Shown here one piece after another: positions 11,596 to 24,473 of a stretch of DNA of 64,000 bases. Every line of letters starts with the position of its first letter. Position 1 is the stretch's first letter. Both the position numbers and the translations under genes were made by a program. Below the pieces are notes generated by a model that ran no database searches, was not told the DNA's origin, and was given only the letters and a program-made list of their open reading frames with translations. The DNA is from Eledone cirrhosa. Lineage: Eukaryota. The DNA lies in assembly GCA_964016885.1 (NCBI GenBank), contig OZ024743.1, forward strand, positions 51,336,001 through 51,400,000, written 5' to 3'.

Positions 11596-13525
11596 TATAT
11601 GGAACATATATGGAACTATATATGGAACACTTGTGATTATTTATGCCCTTGAGAAGCCCAACTGGGCGAAACGTACGTAGGTGATATTTTAAATAAACAT
11701 GTTTTAACGGTCTATTCTCCGATTTTTTACTTTCCCACGTATATATATATATATATAATTAGTCGTTTCCGACTGATTTGGAGGTCAGATTCGTTGAAAA
11801 CACACGGAAAAACCCCTAGGGAAACAATTTCCCACTGAATGGCTAAAAGGTGTTATTCAATTTACTGCCGTGTATTATAAACTAGAATTTTGTCAATAAA
11901 ATACTAGAATTCAGAGGCAATTATAGTCGTCTGTGTCAGTAATAACTCTTTTATTTTCGTCTGTGAACAAGAAATCCTGTGAGAATTTACTTCTCTTTAC
12001 GGAATACAATCTTATTTAAATTTACTAATTTTATTAACATAGAGTTACGTCCCTTACATAATTCAGTAATAGTAAAAAATAAAAACTTCACTTGCGTTCA
12101 AATCGAGCTGAGGTTGACTTTATCTTTCGAGATCAATAAATGAAGTACTAGTTAACACACTGACCATCCCCTTTTCCGGTATGACACATTTTTTACACAT
12201 CTACAACAGCTTTTATATAATAGCTTGTACATTAATTCCCACGCTTATATTAAGTCATTAACTTCAAGTTTTCCTGTTCTCATTCCTCTGATGAGTATTT
12301 CATAGGATGGGCCACAAGATAATGCTACTGAAAGGTCTTTAATAAAAATTCATTATATGTTGTTCTTTTTTATTATAAATACTCAATATAAAACAAATAT
12401 GTTTTATTTAATGTCTTATTTAAATTAAGGTGGCAAGGATTATCCATAAAATATAGTTACGTGTTCTGTGATTTTTGGAAAATTATAGAAGTATTCTGCA
12501 ACAATGATCTTAAGATTTACATAAAGCATACCATTTTATTCATCATGATACACACTCCTTTTTTTTTTTATCTGACTCCTATTCAAATCATGGCATCCCT
12601 TGACATGTCTGACTACTAGAATTCATTAGGTAAATAATCCCACAGATCAGACAATAAGAACACTTATTCTAGTTGTGTGAAATTAATAACAAGAGTCCAT
12701 CAAGGAAAACTTGAGCCAATGTGATGAGAGTTGATCTCAGAATACTGAAGCTGATGGAGATGATGAAGGGATGTAAGATGTGGAGAGAAGCTGTGTTGGA
12801 AAAGACCCATCCAACCCATGTAATCATTGATCCTTGGAAAGAGGTTGTAAAAGGATAACACACACACAGACACACACATATATATATATATTTATATATA
12901 TATGACCGCTGGGTAAAGAAGTGCCAAGAAATCCCAGTAGAAGAAGACGCAGTAGAAGCCCACGAAAAACATGGGCGGAGGTGGTGAGAGCAGACCCCAG
13001 ATCGCTGAAGCTGACTGAGGAGATGACGAAGGACCGTGATAAGTGGAGAGATGCTGTGCTGAATAGGACCCGTCCCACCTTTGCAAGCAGGCAAAAGCGG
13101 ATGTAAAATGATGATGATGATGATGATGATATATATATATATATATATATATACATACTTAAACATGGGATCTAGTTTCACTCTATTTGTACAACAGAAC
13201 AAGAAATATTGTTCTGTTCAAGAAAGTTCATCTATTCTACAATTTCAATAGTTATACATTGGAGGAAGTTGACAACCATTCCTTTTTTTTTCTAGTTTGA
13301 TTTATTCAGAAACTATGTTTATATATTTATAGACCCCCCCCCCCCCCCCATGTATATAACCATCATCATCACCATTGTTTTCACACCCGTTTTTTAGATA
13401 AATCCTTTCTAGTACACCATTTCCAAACATTTTTCTCTCATTTGTCCTCTCCTCCATGATGTTCAGTTTTTTAGATCAGATTTCATTACCTTTGCCCACA
13501 ACTTTCCAGCTTCTTTCCTCTCCTA

Positions 13526-13573
<48 letters not shown>

Positions 13574-14054
13574 GGGGTAACAAATAATAGTTATAAGCAG
13601 TGCACTTAGGTGTAGTCCAGTTCTCTCAAGCGCCAATGAACTGACTGGTTGTAATTTTGTATTGGCGATCGAGTAACGCGAAAATAAGCGGATAGCGATC
13701 TCTAGACCTACCAGTTCAGAGAAACAATTGTCAGCAATGAGATTAAAAACCTTTTTTGTATAGCAAACCGTGTCACTCTTCTTTCCTGATTTATTATATA
13801 TATATATATATATTGATAAGATGAACTTACACATAGACACATATACCTTTAAACTACATTCACAGCTATGTATATATATATCATCATCATCATCATCATC
13901 ATAGTTTAACGTCCATCTTCCACGCTAGCATGGGTTTGGACAGGAATTTTCCCACTTGAGACAAGATTGGTTGTCTTGCTTGTATAGGACTGTCTGGCAG
14001 GTTTTCTACGGCTGGATGCCCTTCCTAACACCATATATATATATTTATATATAT

Positions 14055-16385
14055 TGTAAATTCTGTGCAGCAATGTATTTCTAGAATTTCAGCGAATAAA
14101 AATATATTTGAAGATAAGGCACAATATTATAATGAAGCTTTAAGTAGAGCAGACTATAATAATGAAATTAAATATATTGATAATAAGGATGTGCCAATTA
14201 ACCATAACTATAATTATAATTATAATAGGAAACCTTGCACTAACTCGAAAATCAAAAGAAGAAATAGAACTAGAAATATATTATGGTTTGCTCCCCCTTT
14301 CTCATTAAGTATTAAAACTCCAATAGCTAAACTATTTTTTAAAGCTCTAGATAAGTGTTTTCCCAAGACACACAGGTATTACTCAATCTTTAATAGATAT
14401 ACTATTAAACTATCATATTCTACCACTATGAATTTAGTGCAGAATATTAATAGAATTAATAATAGAAACTTAAAACCTAACCAGAATAGCATTAATACCT
14501 CTAGCAATATCCAATATAATGTTACGGCTCCCAATAATATAAATTCAGATAAATGTAATTGTAGAAATAAATCTAACTGTCCTCTAAATAATAACTGTTT
14601 AGTTAAAAATATAGTATACAATTGTAATGTCAAAACCAATGAAAATTCCTTTAACTATGTCGGCTCTACTTCCACAGACTTCAAATCTCGTTTTAATAAC
14701 CATAAATGTTTCTTTACGAATATTGGTAAAAAATCTTCAACTTCTCTATCCAAATTATTATGGAACTTAAAATCCAAGAATATTAACTATTCTTTATCTT
14801 GGGAAATTATCTCAAATTTTGCTCTCTTTGCGTTGAAGAAATATTCTTTATACTAAAAAGTAAGAACTCTATTAATTTGCGTAATAATTTATTTAGTTCT
14901 TGTAAACATCGTTTAAACTCAACTTTTAGATATATATATATAAAATGTAATATATGGTTAATCTCCTTTACATAACATTTTCTATATCCAACCACCTCAT
15001 CCCTCAGATTATATCTATTATGATTCATATATATTTAATTTACTTTCTATTATCTCTACTTCATAAATATACTTTATATTATTACACTTATCAATAGATT
15101 ATAACCTTTTTATATGACTACTTGAAATTCTTTTAAGAAAAATTCTAAAAATTTTCCTTGAAAGACTTTCTGAAGGTTTTAGAAATTTCTTGGTAAAACT
15201 TTTGAAAGTTCCTTTGAAAGATATGGAAAAACCATTATTTTCATATCTTCCAATATTTTATATCTTCAAACATTTTTAATATTTATATATATCCAAATAT
15301 TTATATATATGTGGAATAACCTATGGTTTATGTTTTAATTATATTCTTAAGATAAATTTATGACTTCTTATAAAATAACCTATGGTTTATGTTTTAATTA
15401 TATTCTTAAGATAAATTTATGACTTCTTATAAAATAACCTATGGTTTATGTTTTAATTATATTCTTAAGATAAATTTTTTAACTTTATAACATTTATGAC
15501 TTCTTATAATAACAATAATAAAAAAAATAAAAAAATGTTAAAAAGGTTTTTTATGTATCCTTGGAGTCATTTGAGTTCTTAAAAAATCACTTCTAAGAAT
15601 TATTTGGATGTTTAAGTTTTGACTTACAACTATTAATAAATATAATTTTGCCAAACTTACTTTAATCAAATAAACTATACTAGATTTTCTCCAATGTAAA
15701 ATACTATACATTTAAATAATTTATAATCCATAACATACACATCTAAACCAATATATTATTACTAATACATCTTAATATAATATAAATACTTCTGTTTAAT
15801 TTTAATTTTTAAATTTTAATATTAATATTAAATTAAATTTTTAATATTAAAGTAAATTTTAATCTTAAATTTTGATTTTTAATTTTAAATAATATTCAAC
15901 TTATCATTATAAATAGTATAAACACAACATAATAAACCCTACATTCTGAATATTATTCTTCCACGTTAATCTTATTTCTTCTTTCACTTAGTTATATTTA
16001 CGTTCTGTATATTCTTCCATTAAAATTTATTTCCTCATTCACTTTGATTATCTTCACTATCACTATGTATAATCGTTCTTTCTTTCTTCTTCTCTCTTTC
16101 TCCTTCCTTATATATCCTCTTCTTCCAACAGTTGAATTTAAATAAACCGTTATCTTTTCAATTTTTCGGACACTCATAACTTTGTATTACCCTCAATAAA
16201 ATATCTCCACTATCCAGGAAGCTTCAACCGGTAAGGTTGTCTTTTTTTCCGGGTATGTCAATATTTATTTATAAAACAAATCTGTATTTTATCTGATGAA
16301 AGCGCACCATAATTTGCCTTGGTTGCCCTTGAAATATATATAATAAAATAAATATGGGTTTATAAATATAGTTTCCATTTATTAA
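14055..16385 (+). mobile_element. Penelope-like element 3' half (RT thumb/linker + GIY-YIG endonuclease, AT-rich tail, pLTR)
   Basis: RNILWFAPPFS, CNCR..CPL...CL, NIVY....YVGST...FK.RF.NHK; hammerhead-like CTGATGA...GAAA at 16293-16334; flanked by (TA)n. Confidence 0.88.
15315..15480. repeat. 59-bp tandem repeat, ~3 copies
   Basis: aataacctatggtttatg at 15315, 15374, 15433. Confidence 0.9.
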
Positions 16386-16724
16386 TATATTGTATATATA
16401 TATATATATGAAAACAGGGAGAAAAAGACGATTATTAGGAAGAAAAATATATTTTTTTCCCTTTTTATTTATTTCTCTCTTTTTTCTGGGTTAGAAAATG
16501 AAAACGAAATATTTTACTTTGTGTGAAGTGTTAAGGTATTAGTTGATTTATTTATTAATTAACAATGGCATTTATTTATTTATTTATATATTTAATAATA
16601 TATAAATATATATATGTGTGAGTGTGTGTGTGTTAAGAGAGGAAAGAAGCTGGAAAGTTGTGAGCAAAGGTAATGAAATATATATATATATAGGAAAATG
16701 TTCAAGACCCCGACGTCCGTTATT

Positions 16725-17790
16725 CCATGCTAGCATGGGTTAGACGGGTTGTCCTGTTGTGGGCAGTGTCTGGTCAGCTGACCATGCCTTGCTCATACAG
16801 GAACTGATTTTGGCTTGATTTCTACAGCTGGATGCCCTTCCTAACACCAACCTCATTTACAGTGAGTGCTGGGTGCTTTTTCCGTGGCGCCTACACGTCC
16901 ACTTTACAGTATGGGTTGGGTGCTTTTTTGCCGTGGCACCTCCACGACCACCTTGCAGTGGGAGGGTGTGGGGCATATTGTCTATATGCTTCAGCTTGTA
17001 CCCATGGGAGGTCGGGTACTCTGTATTACTGCGTGACGCCAGAGGTCACGGTCGTGTGTCATCGCCTTTGAGAGGTGTAATTGGGTAAGGTCGGCTTTTA
17101 TCACCTCATCCCAGGTCTTCTTGGGTCTCCCCACTCCGCGGTTTTTATTGACTTCTAGTACTCTGCACCTTTTTATGCAGCTATCATCCTTCATACGCAT
17201 CACATGTTCATACCAACGCAACCGCCTCTCGTGCACACAACATTTGATTCCTCTTATGCTCAGTCTCTCTCTCAATTCATTTATGCTTTGTCATTCGCGT
17301 ATATTACTATTACACATCCATCGGAGCATGCAGGCTTTGTTTCTTTCTAATATACGTAAGTCTTCCACCTTCAGCGCCCAGGTCTCACTACCATGTAACA
17401 TTGCTGTTCGGATACACGCATCATACAGTCTGCCTTTCATTTTGAGGGAGAAGCCTCTTCCATCCCGTTCTTACCCTAGTTATTGTACTTTCTGAACACC
17501 CACCTCCGCTGCTAATTCGGTCACCTAGGTAGCAGAAGCTGTCTACTGTTTCTACAGAGCCCTCCCAGAGATTGGTGGTACTTGTTTCCTGTGGCTGTTT
17601 GCTGCTTGCTGTCCCAGCACAGCTGCTGCATGTGAAGCCTACATTCTTAATTAAGCTTCCTGAGATCCCGCTACATCTCTTATGTACCCATTGTTTGCAT
17701 TTGGGGCAGAGAATGGAGTTCCTACTTACACCTTTCCTACATACTGAGCAAGGCCATTTCCCTGAGGGGATCTGGGTTCTGTTTTCTCGT
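16725..17790 (-). mobile_element. 5'-truncated RTE-clade LINE with PHD-type finger
   Basis: WPCSVC..CPKC.QWVHKRC..CSSC; VDSFCYLGD; RRLRWYEHVMR; GRPKKTW. Confidence 0.9.
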
Positions 17791-18329
17791 CTATATATAT
17801 ATGTATATATGTCCAACCCTTGCTAGCAGTGAAAATGGACATTAAAACGATGATGATATATATCATCATCATCATCGTCTAACGTCCTTTTTCTATGCTA
17901 GCAAGGGTTATATATGTTTATGTATATGTGTGTGCATGTTTGTGCCTGTGTTTACATGTACTCTTTATTTATATCCCATAACTTAGTGGTTCAACAAAAA
18001 GAGATCAATAAAATAAGTATAAGACTTGAAAAAATTATGTAATAGGGTTGATATAATCCTCTAAAACCGTTCATAGTCTAATAGCTGAAAGCAGTAGAAG
18101 ATGATTGTAGTGTCCTAGCATGGCTAGTCTAATTCTTCTTGTGTCCACAACAATGTCAGTTACAAAGCTTGGCTAGATGTGGTTCCGCCGCAGCTGAACA
18201 CATTGCTGATTTTTCTCATTTAACTCTGCCAAGTCCAATACTGTGCAGGGTGTTCCAGCAGGAGGTGCTGCATAGTATGTGGTCCGATGCCGCAGTCACA
18301 CACCATGTTCTCATCCTTTAAATATCCCC

Positions 18330-18810
18330 ATTTTGCAAGAGTTACTTCTGCACGTCCAACACCAGATCTTTAGTCTGTTTAGGCATTTCCACACTGCATA
18401 GTTTGTATCTGTTCCAGGGAGCAGTGCCTCGCTTGCCTTTAGCTCCAGTGTTGTTACTGATGGGAGGTTGTTAAGTTTTTATTCCTAGCAAGTGACTCTT
18501 TCACTAGTTATGCCTCATATTCCTGGATATAAGGCAGCTTTTGGCTGGCACATGGCCAAAGAGGATGTTTTTGATGCTCCTTCTTGCTTGATGCACTTCA
18601 ACGTATCTCTGGTGGGGCTATGCCTGCCAGGATATGCAGACAGTCTGTAGGTGTAGATGTCAGGCAGCCTGTAATGAGGTGGCAGCTAGCATTGAGGGCG
18701 GGATCTAGCTTCTGGACATGGACAGCTCGCTCCCATACTGGGCATGCATACTCAGCAGCTGAGTAGCAGAGCTAGTGCAGTTGACTTCAGAATCGGTGGG
18801 TTTGCAATGA
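18330..18810 (-). mobile_element. Fragment of a different LINE family (post-RT region)
   Basis: Minus strand reads YSAAEYACPVWERAVHVQKLDPALNASCHLITGCL. Confidence 0.65.
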
Positions 18811-18944
18811 AAGCAATAAAAATAAAAAAGACAAAAGAATGTGATGCCACACTCTAATGACAGAAATCAGTAAAAGAATAGAAGAATGTGGTGCTCCTTG
18901 CATAGCCACAGTCAAATGACTGAAACTAGTAAAAATAAAAAAAG

Positions 18945-20763
18945 GGTAAAGGAGATACACTAGATAGAGGAAACTATAGAGGAATAAAGCTGATGGATAA
19001 GGTCATGAAAGTAACAGAAAGAGTTATAGCACAGCTGATTAGGGACCAGGAAAATCTAGATGAGATGCATTTCGGATTTGTGCCAGGCAAAAGTACCACA
19101 TATGCTGTCTTCCTAGTGAGGCAGTTACAGGAAAAGTACCTAGCTAAAAGTAAGCCGCTCTACCTGGCATTTGTCGACCTGAAAAAAGCTTTCAACAAAG
19201 TGCCCCATTTAATAATCTGGGGGGCTCTTAGAAAACTAGGAGTAGATGAATGGCTTGTGAAGGCTGTACAAGCCATGTATAGAGGAGCAGTCAGCAAAGT
19301 TAGGCTTAACAATGACAATAGCAAGAAATTTAGCATACAGGTTGGTGTCCACCAGGGCTCTGTTCTTAGCCCTCTCCTGTTTGTTATCGTACTACAAGCT
19401 ATAACAGAAGATTTTAAGACTGGCTGCCCGTGGGCACTCCTGTACACGGATGAACTCACACACATAGCAGAATCTATGGTGGAACTAAGAGGAAATTCCA
19501 AACATGGAAGCAGGGCCTAGAAAAAAAAAAAGGAGTCTTAAAGTCAACCTAACAAAAACTAAGGTTCTAGTAAGTAGAAGAGAAAACAACCCTGATCCCT
19601 TCAGGGAAATGGCCTTGCTCAGTATGTAGAAAATTCCATCCTCTGCCCCAAATGCAAACAATGAGTACACAAGAGCTGGAGTGGGAGTTCAAGAAGTTTA
19701 CTTAAGAATGTAAGCTTTACATGTAGCAGTTGCACCAGGACTGTAAGCAGCAAACAAGCACTATCAAATTCTGGGAGGGCTCTGTAGAAACAGTAGACAG
19801 CTTCTACATGGGTGGTGACCAAATTAACAGCAAAGGTGGGTGTTCTGAAAGTATATTAGCACTGTTAGCTACAAAAAAACTTTCCCTCAAAATGAAAGGC
19901 AGACTGTATAATGCGTGCATACAACAGCAATGTTGCATGGTAATGAGTCCTGGGCACTGTGTGCAGAAGACTTGCGTAGATTGGAAAGAAGTGAAACTTG
20001 TATGCTCCGATGGATGTGTAATAGTAATATACATGAATGGCAAAGCATAAATGTACTGAGAGAGAAACTAAGCATAAGAGGGATCAGATGCTGTGTGCAG
20101 GAGAGGAGATTGCGATGGTATGGACATGTGATGCGTATGAAGGATAACAGCTGCATAAAAAGGTGCAGAGCGCTCAAAGCCGATGGAAGCTGTGAGTGGG
20201 GGTGACCCAGGAAGACTTTGCATGAGGTGATAAAAGCTGACTTTGCCCAATTACACCTCTCAAGAGTGATGACACATGACCAGGATCTCTGGCATTACGC
20301 AGTAATACAGAAGACCCGACTTCTACAGGCACAGGCCGAAGATGAAGCATATGTATAATATGCAACACCTCTCCCCACTCACTCCCATAGATACATCCAA
20401 TGAAGGCTCCAGCCCACACTGTGAAGTGGTCATGATAGCGACACAAAAAGTGCACAGCCCACACTGTGAAGTGGTCGTGTAGGTGTCACAGCAAAAAGCA
20501 CCCAGTCCACTGTAAAGTGGTCATGTACAGCAAAAGTGCCCAGCCCACACTGTAAAGTGGTTGTGTAGGTGTCACGGCAAAAAGCACCCAGTACTCACTG
20601 TAAATGAGGTTGGCACTAGGAAGGGCATCCAGCTGTAGAAACCAAACCAAAATCGGTTCTGTATGAGCAAGACATGGTCACCTGACCTAGCATTGCTCAC
20701 AACAGGATAACTCGTCTAACCCATGCCAGCATGGACGTTAAATGGTGATGATGATGATGATGA
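18945..20763 (+). mobile_element. Decayed RTE-clade LINE (RT, Cys finger, C-terminus, repeat-rich 3'UTR, (ATG)n tail)
   Basis: NYRGIKL, HFGFVPGKST, AFVDLKKAF, GVHQGSVLSPLLF, LLYTDE (inactivated YADD); frameshifts. Confidence 0.93.
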
Positions 20764-21217
20764 TACCCCAGCATGGCCACAGTCTATTGACTGAAACCAG
20801 TAAAAGAGTAAAATACATATGGTGCCCCAGTTTAATGACTGAAACCAGCAGGCATATAGTTATGGCCCTTTACATTCTGAGTTCAAATCCCACCAAGGTT
20901 AGCTTTACCTTTCAATCTTATCAGGTCAATAAAATAAAGCACCAGTAAGGTAAAGGGGCCAATTTAATCGGACCCCCCCCCCCCCTCCCAAATTGCTGGA
21001 CTTGTGTTAAATGTATAAATAATTATAATTTATTATAAATTTCACTTAAATTTATATATAAATTTCTGCGATTCTGTCACAGCACGTAAAGACAGAGGAG
21101 CAGTTTGACTACCTCATACTACTCCTCTCTTTACGCCTGCTGTCTGCGTGAATGTATGTTTAAAAGGAAGGAAGGTTTTTTAAGTGTGTCTGTGTTTGTG
21201 TGTTTATATTTATATAC

Positions 21218-21987
21218 TCATCATCATTGTTTAACGTCTATCTTCCACGCTAGCATGGGTTAGACAGGAATTATCCCACTTGAGGCAAGGTTGGTCGGGT
21301 GACTGTGTCTCGCTCGTATAGGCCTACCTGGCAGGTTTTCTACGGCTGGATGCCCTTCCTAACACCAACCACGTTTACAGCTTTTTACAGCGTGGACTGT
21401 GTTTTTTTTTGTTGTGACACCTACACAACCTCATTTATTTTGGACTGGATATTGTGGTACCAACATAACTTTACAGAGAGAGGGTGGTGTTGGTGGGAGT
21501 GGGAGGATGGAGTAGGGGTGTATATTTGGTTAAGAGGTACCTACTGACTGTAGGTTTCGCTTTATACACAGGCAAAGCGGGTCTTCTGTATTACTGCGTA
21601 GCGCCAAAGATCTCGGTCCAGAGACATTGTCTTAGAGAGGTGTAAGTGTATAAGGTCGGAATTTATCAAATCGTCCCAGGTTTTTCTGGGTCTGCCTACT
21701 CCGTAACTTCCATCAATTTTGATCGCCCTGCACTTTTTTATACAGCTGTCATCTTTCATGCACATCACGTGACCATACCAACATAGTCTCCTCTCAAGTA
21801 AACAGCATCTGATCCCTCTTATTCCTAATTTCTCACTTGCTTTGTCGTTTGTGTATATTACTATTACACATCTAATGGAGATTGCATGCTTCGTTCCTCT
21901 GCACACAATGCCCATGTAACATTGCTGTTCGTATAGAGGCATCAAACAGTCTGCCTTTCATTTTTAGAGAGAAACCTTTAGTGGCCA
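21218..21987 (-). mobile_element. RTE LINE 3' fragment
   Basis: ERRLCWYGHV, GRPRKTW, same 3'UTR. Confidence 0.85.
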
Positions 21988-22254
21988 ATTTATATATAAA
22001 TTTCTGCAATTCTGTCACAGCATGTAAAGAGAGAGGAGCAGTTTGACTACCTCATACTACTCCTCTCTCTTTACGCCTGCTGCCTGTGTGAATGTATGTG
22101 TAAAAGGAAGGAAGGTTTTGTAAGTGTGTCTGTGTTTGTGCGTTTATGTTTATATATTCATACATATAAATGTATGCATATGCACACACACACATATACA
22201 CATACACAGCGTACGGAAAAAATTCTAGTTAATAAAAATACTTCAAATTCCAAG

Positions 22255-22260
22255 TTTATT
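22255..22260 (-). terminator. Candidate SBDS polyadenylation signal AATAAA
   Basis: tttatt on + strand ~430 nt downstream of the SBDS stop, at the edge of unique sequence. Confidence 0.55.
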
Positions 22261-22690
22261 ACAGAAGTGTGAGTGTTGATTTCTTTTGAAAAGAGTGTCA
22301 AACTAAAGCGTTTTAAGGTTATTTTCCATGCAAAAGCAAGGGTTAGCTTTGTGGGGTTCCATGGCAGGCTTCATACTCATCATGGGATCTTTTGTTTTGA
22401 GGCAACGTTTTATAGTTAGATGCCGTTCATGGCACCAATTCTTTGAGTTATGTCATACATCAGGCAGGGATAAAGAGAGAGATGATCTAAAACAACATCA
22501 CACCAAATATTCTGTCACATCTGATACTCTCTCCCAGAACAACTGAATTTCTTTTCATTTTTAAAATATTTTTTCCTACTTTATGATTTCTTTTTTCTCC
22601 AAAAATAATATAAAAATGTTTTTTGGGTTTGTTATAGAACAAAGAGAACAGCACAGCAGTTTATGGTAAAGTTAAGGTTTCTGTATGAAT

Positions 22691-22819
22691 TCATTCAAAT
22701 TTCTCATCTCCTTCTTCTACGTCCTTCAAATTGAGAATTTCAACATGGCCTTTACCTTTCGTGTCAGTGTGGATTAATTCACTGACTTCTCGGTAACAAC
22801 CAGGATCTATCAATACAAT
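22691..22819 (-). CDS. SBDS: SBDS exon 6 (terminal coding exon)
   Basis: [42 protein letters not shown]; the six exons sum to 759 nt = 252 aa + stop. Confidence 0.96.
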   Translation of the reverse strand: MVLIDPGCYREVSELIHTDTKGKGHVEILNLKDVEEGDEKFE

Positions 22820-23024
22820 CTACAAGAGAGAGATAAAAAGAGAAAGTGAGAGAGCAATCAATCAATCAATACATATTTCTCACCCCCAGACCTTCTTCAG
22901 TCACTGGCCTACAGACATGCTGTCTTCTCCCTCTTCTACTGCTACTGTAATGACCTCTGCTCATCAGATCTGGCTGACCTCCACTCCAGTCTCTGGCCCC
23001 ACAGACACATACCAGTCTCTCACT

Positions 23025-23245
23025 TCTACTGTTACTACAGTGGTCTCTACTCCTCCTTCTACCACTTTTACTGTTACTACAGTGGTCTCTACTCCTCCTT
23101 CTACCTCTTCTACTGTTACTACAGTGGTCTCTACTCCTCCTTCTACCTCTTCTACTGTTACTACAGTGGTCTCTACTCCTCCTTCTACCTCTTCTACTGT
23201 TACTACAGTGGTCTCTACTCCTCCTTCTACTGTTACTATAATGAC
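23025..23245. repeat. 42-bp minisatellite (~5 copies) in SBDS intron 5
   Basis: actgttactacagtggtctctactcctccttctacctcttct unit at 23028, 23070 and onward. Confidence 0.92.
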
Positions 23246-23474
23246 CTCTGCTCCTTAGAACTGGTTCGTCATATGCTACTTCCATTCAGGCATTCCTGAC
23301 AAACTCATCTCTCATCACCTGTCGTATCCAACTTCCCAGGCCCACTTCATCCAGTCCTTTCTCCTACAACAGTCAACTATCAACAGTTTAACCAGTACAT
23401 CAGTAACATCTTCAATGAACTACTATCTCTATCATTTACTCTTCAGAGGAAAGTTAAAAAATCACATCACTTAC

Positions 23475-23560
23475 CATCTCCAATTCATCATCAAAATCTT
23501 CTTTCTCCACCTTTGTAGTCAACCTTTTCACCTTTTCTTTCACTTTTTTGGCATCTTTTC
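23475..23560 (-). CDS. SBDS: SBDS exon 5
   Basis: (G)KDAKKVKEKVKRLTTKVEKEDFDDELEM; ccttag acceptor, ATG|gtaagt donor; 86 nt. Confidence 0.93.
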
Positions 23561-24473
23561 CTAAGGAAAGATATTAAAAACAAAAATTATATACTATTTC
23601 TTCTTCCTATCATAAAACAACTATATATAACAATAAACATTATTTCTAAGTCTTTTGATAAAACAATACAACAATAAAATGAAATACTATTTCTTATTCC
23701 TAACTAAAACAATCACAACAAAGCCATTTAAGGCTATTTTTCATTTCAAAGAAAAAGTTAGCCTTGTGGGCCCTGTGACAGACTTTATATTCATCATGGG
23801 GTACCTTTGAAGGCATTATTTTACAGCCGGATGACTTTCTTGTCACTAATCCTTTTTATGACAGAGGGATATGGTATCATCATCATCATCGTTTAACATC
23901 CATTTTCCATGCCAACATGAGTTAGCCATCGTCCCAGTAGAGGCAAGTTAGGTTAGGTGATGATGTCTTGCTCATATAGAACTGTTTCTGGTTTGGTTTC
24001 TATGGCTGGATGTCCTTCATAATGCCAACCACATTAACCGTGTGTGCTGGATGCTTTTTGTTATGACACCTACATAACCACTTTACAATGTGGACTGGAT
24101 GCCTTTTGTTGTGACATCTACACAATGACTTTACAGTGTAGACTGGATGCTTTTTGTTGACACCTACATGACCACTTTACAGTGTGGACTGGATGCTTTT
24201 TTGTGATACCAACATGATTTTACAGTGTAAGGGTGGTGTGAGCAGAAGTGGATGGGTAGGTGTTGGGGCATTATGGCTGGATGCCCTTCCTTGTGCCAAC
24301 TTTTTTAGTTACCTTTTGCAACAGGCATGATGGTGGTGGTGGTGACGATGATGAATTACCAATGCTTGAACCATGTATTATTCCACTGCACCTGTCAGTG
24401 ATGTTTACTTCACCTGATAAATTATATTCGAACAATTAAAAAGGGATTGAACAAGAAATTTAGAGACACACAC

